In this document: piece by piece, positions 52,401 to 61,400 of the stretch
How positions within the stretch are numbered: position 1 is the first letter of the stretch
Layout of the letters: every line of letters starts with the position of its first letter
NCBI RefSeq assembly: GCF_964204865.1
Contig: NC_135255.1
Location: forward strand, 7,316,001-7,380,000
Direction: 5' to 3'
Origin: Styela clava
Lineage: Eukaryota
Length of the DNA stretch: 64,000 nucleotides
Program-made: the position numbers and the translations under genes
The notes under the pieces: generated by a model
What the model saw: the letters and a program-made list of their open reading frames with translations, nothing else
Databases searched by the model: none
Told to the model about the DNA's origin: nothing

Positions 52401-55400
52401 GAAATTGAGAACAAGAAAATAATTTTCTGAATTGAATATAATAAACAGCATTTAACAATAAACAATTCAAAAATTGATCTCACCTCTTTGGGAACCAGTG
52501 GTGCAAAGAAACAATCCATCAGTCTCAACATACTGAATACAAGTTGACCATTTACTGATGTAACCATTTCTTTCATCTTGTGACGCAGGAAGTCTATGGA
52601 AGGCTGAAATATCCAAACGATTTTGTAAATCAATAAATAACACAAGAGGAATATGCTAAATATGGGTGGGTAAAAGACATAGAATTGAAATCTCTGGAAT
52701 GCAGAAATATAAAATTGGTTCATAGAATCTAACACACTACACAGGCAGAAGAATCTCAATTTCAGGATATTATTAAATTCAGCACTCTTCCTAACTCTAT
52801 TTGACTGTGCATGGCATTTGTTATATTGCTTGTCTGAGTCAATAATATAACAGAAATCTATTATGAAACAATTTGTATTCGAACATTTTTAAGATCCCAC
52901 CCCATAGAAATCCTATAGTTACCTCCAAAAAGCGATCAAAAAGTGATTTAATCTGTTCTTGATGTGGCAACAATACATCTGGTATGTTTCTCATCCAACA
53001 TTCAACAAATGGGTTTAGTCCAATATAACCAGGTTCAAGATAAACCATACCACAACGAGACACAGTAGCTGGTGATGCAACTGCCAAATCTGCAACCTGG
53101 AAACGAGCAAGAGAATATTATTATTGATAGATTGAAATGGATGATTGACTTGACAACATTAGCAAATGTATCACTGACATGTGACAATGTGTCAGTATAA
53201 ATTTAGAGTGGCATGTGCGATAGGCTAGAAAATTAGTGAATGGGGCTACATATGTTTGAAGCAAAGTTCAAAAATCTTGAGTTAAAGTCCTTATAAGTGT
53301 AACTCAAACTTTAACAAAGAGTAAAAATTGGATGGGCCATCTTAAATAAGAGCATTTAGTAATCCAGATCCAAACTATTTTTCAAATTGAAACTTTTTGG
53401 CCAGACTTGTAACGGTGGACAGTGAAAAAAAGAGCACATTGAACATATTTAAAACAGCTTTGTTACAGAATATGTTGAATGAAAATTTGACATGAACTTA
53501 AATTAGCTAATACTAAATTAAATTTTAACACAAAAAATATTTTTTGATCTGATCATTAGTTCTCGTAACAAAGTTTTTTAATAAAATTTATCAGGATTTT
53601 GCTTATTTTCATTCAATCAACATTTTTAGGCAACTTACCTCAAACATCATTGTCATGTGGTCAGTAAGTTTGATAATTTCTCCGCTACTTAGGCATAATT
53701 TTTTGTTATCATCGAGCACAGTGTTCATGTTTTCAATCCATACTGCATCAACTGGTCCATCAAACATGTACCTGTTAAAATATTAATATATGTTCTATTT
53801 TGATGAAGTTTCATCTTAGGATATGAAAATCTTTTTAAGTTTTAAAACAAGTATAAACATTGTCTTGGTGACTAATGTTTAAATTTAAAAAAGTTGCGAC
53901 TGTAAAAGTCAAAAATTAAAAACACATTATTTTTAGACTGGTCATTGTGTTCTCATCGTGAGTGACAATAAATGTTGTAAATTTCTCCATGTCTGACACA
54001 AAATGAAAAATATCAATTTATCAAATGCAACTTATAAAAATCTTTCTGAAATCTTGTAGAGAGTTAGAAAATGTAGAATTTTGTTCAAAACACAACCACA
54101 TTTGTCTTGTTGTTTGAGCATCATAAGCGTAACAAATAAGAAGTATTTGGTAAAAACCCCATTTGCACCACATCATACAGACAACCTCATACACACCACC
54201 TCATCCAAAGTGTGATAAATTGGGTGTGAATGTGATAATTCGTAATGCCAAAGCAGAAAGATTTCAGTCCTCCCAAAATCAGATACTGCTTGTGCGCTGG
54301 GGGGAGATGGGTCGATATTTCATATATGGGATGCCACAAGGGCGAAAAAGTCTCGTTAAAATACATAAATTTTTTAATTAACGATCACACATTCTCACCA
54401 TCGTTTATCTTCATCAGTGGCAGCAACACCTTGTCGAATTAGGGTTGACAAAATTCCGTCGGTCCATTCATGAGTCATTGCATCAAATTCACCATACAAC
54501 TGACCCATAGTGATTGATTTTGGATTCAAAGTTTCAACCTGAAACAAATTCACATAATCAAAGTCTATGCAGTATTTATTATATTAAACTACTATGCACT
54601 TTGTCAACACATATCTTCGGTACAAGCATGATGCAATTGAATGTGTATCTCAGCATTTATGTCTGTGCATCAGAAGCATAGAACCGGTTAGCTATACCCA
54701 TGTCAAAGACAGACTGGTAATGAAAAGCTGTGGTACAATATTGAGTTGTCTTACTAACATTACTTTGATCATAAATAAATATAAAATACTCCTCTATTCA
54801 GATTGTGTTATACATTTGACTGAATGTGAAATAACAGTTCAATGCGTGTATTGAAATTTCTTGGTTCCCATTTGTGCACTGCTTTCAAATTCAATTCAAA
54901 GTGATGGATTTAATGTCATTAGAGTGTATGGCAGCTCAATTTGTATATGTTTACCAAAAGCAAAGAACTATACGTAGGAGCAAAGTCAATAAATTGATTT
55001 TTAAAAATCCCAAAAACCAAAAAAATGTAAGAATTGGCAATAGAAAATGGATGTCCCAGACTTGATCTATATGTCCCATTTGTATGAATCTCACTTAATA
55101 TCAGTACGCCAACATTCAGCCAAAGTATTATATCTTCTATCCTCACCCAAAACATAGCATGAATTCCGCTTCAAATGATTAATTTACCTCCACAATATAT
55201 GTCTGCCCTAACTCAGAACAGAAGGGCGCATGGGACAAGTGTGGTAAAAAAGGGATAAATATGGAACATTTTTGTGACATCAAACAAAATAACTTCGCTG
55301 CACAACAGATTTAAATTTAATTTTCAGAAATAACATATTTCCAATCGAATCACACTCAAAAGATAATAAATATATGAAGATTGCTTACATGTACAGCTTC

Positions 55401-58400
55401 ATAGTTGCCACCACTGACAGAAGGTTGTCCTTTGATATTTGTGAGAGCTTTCGCAAGAACATTCGAACATTTTGTTTTCCCAGAACATGTTGGTCCAACC
55501 AACATAAGACCATGCCGTACAATAGTGGTTTCATACAATTGAATGCATTTGGTGACAAATCCTGTAATAACAATGTAATAATACTAGTCATAAAATATTG
55601 CAACAGCCATCCAAGTTTGTCAAGAGTTATTATCACATTACATATATAATACTAGATGCTGAAAACACGATAGGATAAGATTTACATATTTATCCCGGAA
55701 GAGAGAAAAGTTGATAAAATGGCTTTTCATCTGGCTACCAGTCCATCTCGTATTGAATTAGTTAGCCCGTTATTTGTTTCAGATGCATGAACATGCTGGT
55801 GGAGGAAGCTGTAACTGACCAGCGGTTATGTGGGCCACCCTACAGCACGAGGAGTCCAGCAATCGTCTCGCACATAATTATCCTCCACAGGATTCAAACC
55901 TGCGAACCCACTCTGGGTAAGCAGAGGTGCAATTAGACATTTAAAGATAGGTGGTTAGCACATTGCTATAACTATGCGGGGGTTGCAAAATAATAAACTA
56001 CATCTCAGAAATGAAAAAATTCAAGTCATATAGTTGAAAGAGAAGCAAAACGTTATAACAAAAATGTTAATTATTGCACGAATAAACCCAGAAACCATCA
56101 CATTAATCACCTTCGACATCTTTGCAGCCAACTTTAGGACAAGTTGATTGGATTGATTCCATGAGAGCACCATAATCAATATCTTCTTCTTTAATTTTGG
56201 GGAAGAGATCAGAAACAATACCTGGAATTGTGAAAATGATTGAATAGATGAGTGCTTCTCAAACTGTGCATTGCATCGAACTAATAATTTCATTTTGAGT
56301 GTGCTACAAAATATCAATCCATTCAGAGAGAGAGAGAGAGCAATAAAGCAGACGATATTGGACACTAAGGCGTGTTAGGATCATTTATGTACAGAAGGCA
56401 ATCTTATGTATCACATTAACTAAATGTGCATGAGTTTCATTAAAAAATCTTCTTGTCATAATTTAATGGTAATAAAGTTACACTTTATTTCCAATTCATC
56501 ATACCCTGTAATATCAGAAGTAAATGAGTTTTTAATTTGGAAATTTCGGGAGCCTTTGGATTAGGTTTTATATATCCCTGGAGATAATGAAGTAATCTGA
56601 CTCTGTATTACACATATTTTTACAGCAATTGGAATAAAATCGATCAAATACTGCATAAACAAAAAGAATTGCAGCAGTTATCAAATTGGCAGAAAATTAC
56701 GGTTGATTACACCAAAATTCGCATTAACAGAATATAGAGCACAATTGGTATATCTTCCCTTATTAAGAAGTAAATAAAACTATTCAAAGTTCAATAAAGA
56801 ATGTTAACAAAATCGAGTACCTCTGAAAAGTTTGAGATCATCGAGCAAGAACTTGGGTACATTGACATCTCTGATAGCACGCAAGCAAATCAATTCTTCA
56901 TTCATTTCTTGATGTTCTCGCTTCAAGTTACCTAGATATAATTTACTTATTAAGATTTCCATTTCTGATAACTAACAGTTATTCTGATTCTTTGAATAGC
57001 TCTAACAGTCGTGATGGCTTAACTATATTTTATCATTGCAGGTAAGAACCTTGTATCTGGCCCTTGATAAACCCAAAAACCATAACATCTGTACCAGAGG
57101 GCAAAAAATTGAACAAGCTATATCAGGCAGAAAAAATTTCAGAGTGTAGGCATCAAACACCTTAGAAAAAGTAATGGCATACAGGTACATGCATGATAAC
57201 ACTTGTCTATAAAGTAAGTAATAACAGAGAAAAACAGATGAAATAAATCAGTTATTAATAGTCATACCTGCAGCCGAAATGACAGTTTTCACTGCTCTCA
57301 TACCAAAATCATAATGATCTTGCGAACTAAGTTGTTCAGATGATAATTTGAAAGTCGCGGTGATCTTTCTTGCCAAATGCTGAAAAAAAAAATGAATATG
57401 AAACGATCTTATTAAGGCAGGACAAAGCACTGAACAAAGTTCAATTATGCAGACATGCCAACAGAAACAGATATTACAAATTGTGCCCACTGGTTGAAAA
57501 AAATACATCAACACAAAAAGTAATATCTTGCCAACCTTTGCATTGCTAAATCCAAAACTGTAGAGTGAAATTTCAGCAATCATAGAATAATCTGGAACCA
57601 TCATTGCCACTGGTCTGAACAAAGCCTGAGAAAAAATAATTTAAAAAAGGATAAAAAAAAGTATTATAGATGGATTTTTCCAAACTTTATAGGACATAAT
57701 ATTTCGAGTAAAAAAGACAATTTCGAGTATCTGAAATATAAAAAGTGCATTGCTCAAAAATGCTGTTTATTACTAGTCCCACCCACCCTTTGTCCTACTT
57801 GTATCACTGGTGAGAAGGAATAGAAAACTTTAGAAATACGATAAAGTTAAAATCTGCAGTAGATTTTATATTATTGGGACAAATGGTACAAGTGGTGATC
57901 CTAAAATGATTTTTATTCAATATCATGAATTAGGCCAAAACTCTCGCTTTGCGTAATATCATATCTTCAATCTACGGTATGTTATTTACCTTCAAGTTAT
58001 CGGGTAACTCTGTTCTTCCAGCATAACCCGGATTCATTGTAATGAACACAGCACATGAAGCTTTAAGATTCAATTCAACACCTTCAAACATGAATCTGTC
58101 AAGTCTTTGTTGTTGTGCTTTCTGGATTGTTGCAATTTGTTGAGCAACGACTGATAATACCTGGGAAAAAGGACAAAAACATCAACAATTTTTTATTGAG
58201 AAATTGCAACTCTAGTCAAATAAATGACTGCAAATATCTTCACTAAAGGCCAATACCAGCAGTTCCATTGTTTCTGACAATTGCCGATCATTCAAAAAAG
58301 AATTCAAAAAGAGTTGATATCATTACTCTTTATTTTGACCTGAATTTTATTTTTAGCCTTCGCTAAATTAACCCTGTTCAACATAACCTAGGATATTTAT

Positions 58401-61400
58401 AAATATTGAGGCCGACTACAAGTCTGTTCAGAACTCTGTTATATTGGCCAATCATGACATGGTTAAATCATCTTATCGTCTTTCCTCTTCCCATCATCCT
58501 ATCCTAGATGAATATAAAAATGTTGAATTTTGTATAATATAAAGAAATCAATTATACTACCTCAATATCAATTCTGTTGAATTCATCAAAACAAGCCCAA
58601 GCTCCAGAGCTAGCAAGTCCTTTGAAAAATTTTCCCATTGCCATGAAATCCAATTGATCGCTGCAGTTGAATACAACTGTTTGAATAGCGAGTGCTTTTC
58701 CAAGATCTTTCGTTGTTTCTGTTTTACCTGTACCAGCTGGTCCTGCTGGAGCTCCACCAAACTTGAGATGCAAAGCACCAGTAAGAGTGAGGTAACATCT
58801 AGAAGTATATATTTGTATTAAAGCGAAGAAAAATAATGAGGATGATTTTATCATAGTTTAAGTGTAAAAGAGCGTAAACTACAAATACATAAGAGAGAAT
58901 AGTTGTAGATAGAAAATTGAAAACAATTACTGGTATATAGAGAAGAGCTTAGGTTGCTAATAATTCAAATTGGTAATATATTTTCCACGCTTCCTTAGCT
59001 ATTCTTGAATACTGAACCTTTTCAAAACCTTTCAGATACACAACCCTCTAAATCTCTTAAGTACTTTCTTTTATTAATAAGATAAATGATAAATAAGTCA
59101 CCAAAAGTGAATTATCATTATCGATAATATTCAGCATGATATATCTAAGTCACTACATCAACTACAGTCTGTTAGTAATTCTTTGTAGATCGTGGAAAGT
59201 TAGTGGAGTATTTTATTTAATTCCAAATGGGTTCCTATTCTTATGCCATTATCAAGTATTTATACAAACTATAATTCTGTTTTGGTGCATATTCAGTAAT
59301 CATGAACATAGCACACATAAAAAAATACATGCTCATCCACATACACATAAGTCACTTGATTTTACTATAAAATTTCACTGACTTAACAACTCTAACAATA
59401 GTTTTTACCTGTCAGTCAATGGAGTGATGACCAATCTCCCAGTGTTACCCAGGTATTCATAGCCATATGCAAATTCAGCATTTACAGCACGAACAAACAT
59501 ATCATCCCTCCAATAATATCTCAACTGACTGATCCATTCAAAATCATTAACGGATTGGATGTTTTCATCGCGCAAGTTGCCAACAACATCTCGAGCATGT
59601 ACCTAAAGAAATGGAAATTATGAAGCTCAGTTACAAAAGAATATCAAAGGCATGATAACGTTAAATTGAAATTTAGATCTCTATTTCCATTATACCTCTC
59701 TTCTTGAAATATGCTTTCACATTCAATAAACATAAAAAAAAAATTCAAGTAGTCTGTTTCAGATGATTGAGGGTTGGAGGTTGCATGTCATTAGTATACA
59801 TAAAATTTTTAAGGTCAGAAAGAATAGGTACCATAACTAATATGGCACACACTTTTCAAAATTATTGCACTTGGGTTGGGATAAGATGGCTCTTGTCATT
59901 GCATCAACAATGTTTGTAGAAATCAACACAAATCCACATACGGTATATTAAAAAGTATAATATTTAGTGAGGGAGCAAGTCAATCAAATGATTAAAAAAT
60001 TTAGTAAGGTAAATCATAACCCTTATTCCCAAAGATTCAGAATTGAAATAGGTTAGCAGTTTATCATTGCAGATGCATGACAATGAAAAGGAAAAAGTAA
60101 TATACTGAAACAGATCAGTGTGTAGTATACATTTGTCCAATGTCTCTTATTTCAACATCTTGAGTCGAGATTAAGTATTGTGTACTCAAAAACCTTCCCA
60201 CTAACCTCGATTACAATCAATGCAGACAAGATCATTCTTCCCAGTTTGCTGAGATTTCCTCTCACAAGTCCAACCAAATCATTTAACATTTCAACCAGCT
60301 TTTCATAAAAATTGACAAGATCATGAGCCTCGATAGCTTCTTCTACTGTTGATGCCCAATACACTTGAGAACCAGCAATGACAACTTGACCTGTGAAGCA
60401 AACAAGAGTTGTCTTTTTTAATCAAAATCAAGAATGAATACTTTTTTGAATTACTTTGATAATACTTCAAAATTAGACCACATTAAAAACCCTATTTATA
60501 TTTCATTAAAAGTAGTACACAACATACCAGGCCATTGTAACACCCATTCAGTTCGTTTTGTATTTGGATAAGCTTCAATTGCAAGTTCACATTGTTTGCG
60601 AACAGATTCTCTCATGACACGTTCCACTTCTCCCAACCAATCTTCAACGTTGCCTGTAGGGAAAAGCTTTTCAGAGAAATCTACCATTTCACCTTCTCCT
60701 GATATCATCTGTGTCATGCTCATATCCGATTCAAATTTGATCTAAAAATGAACATTGTTCCGATGAATTAGACTGAAAACAATGGTAATTTTGACAGTTA
60801 ATCCAGCAAATCTTTTTGGGACTCTGAATCAAACCGATCAATCAAATCATATTTTATTAGCCATTAGGCAAACGGGCATAATAAATTGAAAGCAAAATAA
60901 AAGATATGTATATATATATATATGCCTTTGCCCAGAATGGACAGGATAACCGCGAAATGACTTTTCAGTCTACTTGTCAGAGCTACCTTGCATTAGCTGT
61001 ATGGAGAAAACTTATAAATACACAGTTGCAACAACATAAGTAACCTAAGAAAAGCATAGCCCTCAATCGCTTTTGTGGGCAGATTTGAGGCATTGGGATG
61101 GTCATTCCGTATCCAGGCTGAATAGCGACTGTCAAAACAACGACTGTCATGATGGCGACTTCATAATAGCGACGTAATCAAGTGAGCGACTGTCATAATG
61201 ACGACCGCATTAAAACAGCGACTGTTATAATAGCGGGGGGGTGGAAGAGTGAGTGTGCGTGTACAAAAAGTTAAGTCGCTATCATAACAGTCGCTGTTTC
61301 AATGCGGTCGCCATTATGACAGGCGCTGTTTTGACAGTCGCTCACTTGTTTACGTCGCTATTGTCACGTATTGTGACAGTCGCTATTTGGAACCCGAGCT

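Noticed and set aside
55470-55500. AAA2 P-loop reading GPTCSGKT instead of GPTGSGKS
   Set aside because: Still fits GxxxxGKT; the change is at a variable position
23018-59381. Plus-strand ORFs overlapping dynein exons or introns (e.g. 27473, 41144, 46860, 47590, 38703)
   Set aside because: Antisense shadows of coding exons or TE-derived; no evidence of a nested gene
61120-61390. Regularly spaced AGCGACTGT repeats
   Set aside because: Inverted arms of a foldback element, not CRISPR; spacers too short and no cas genes
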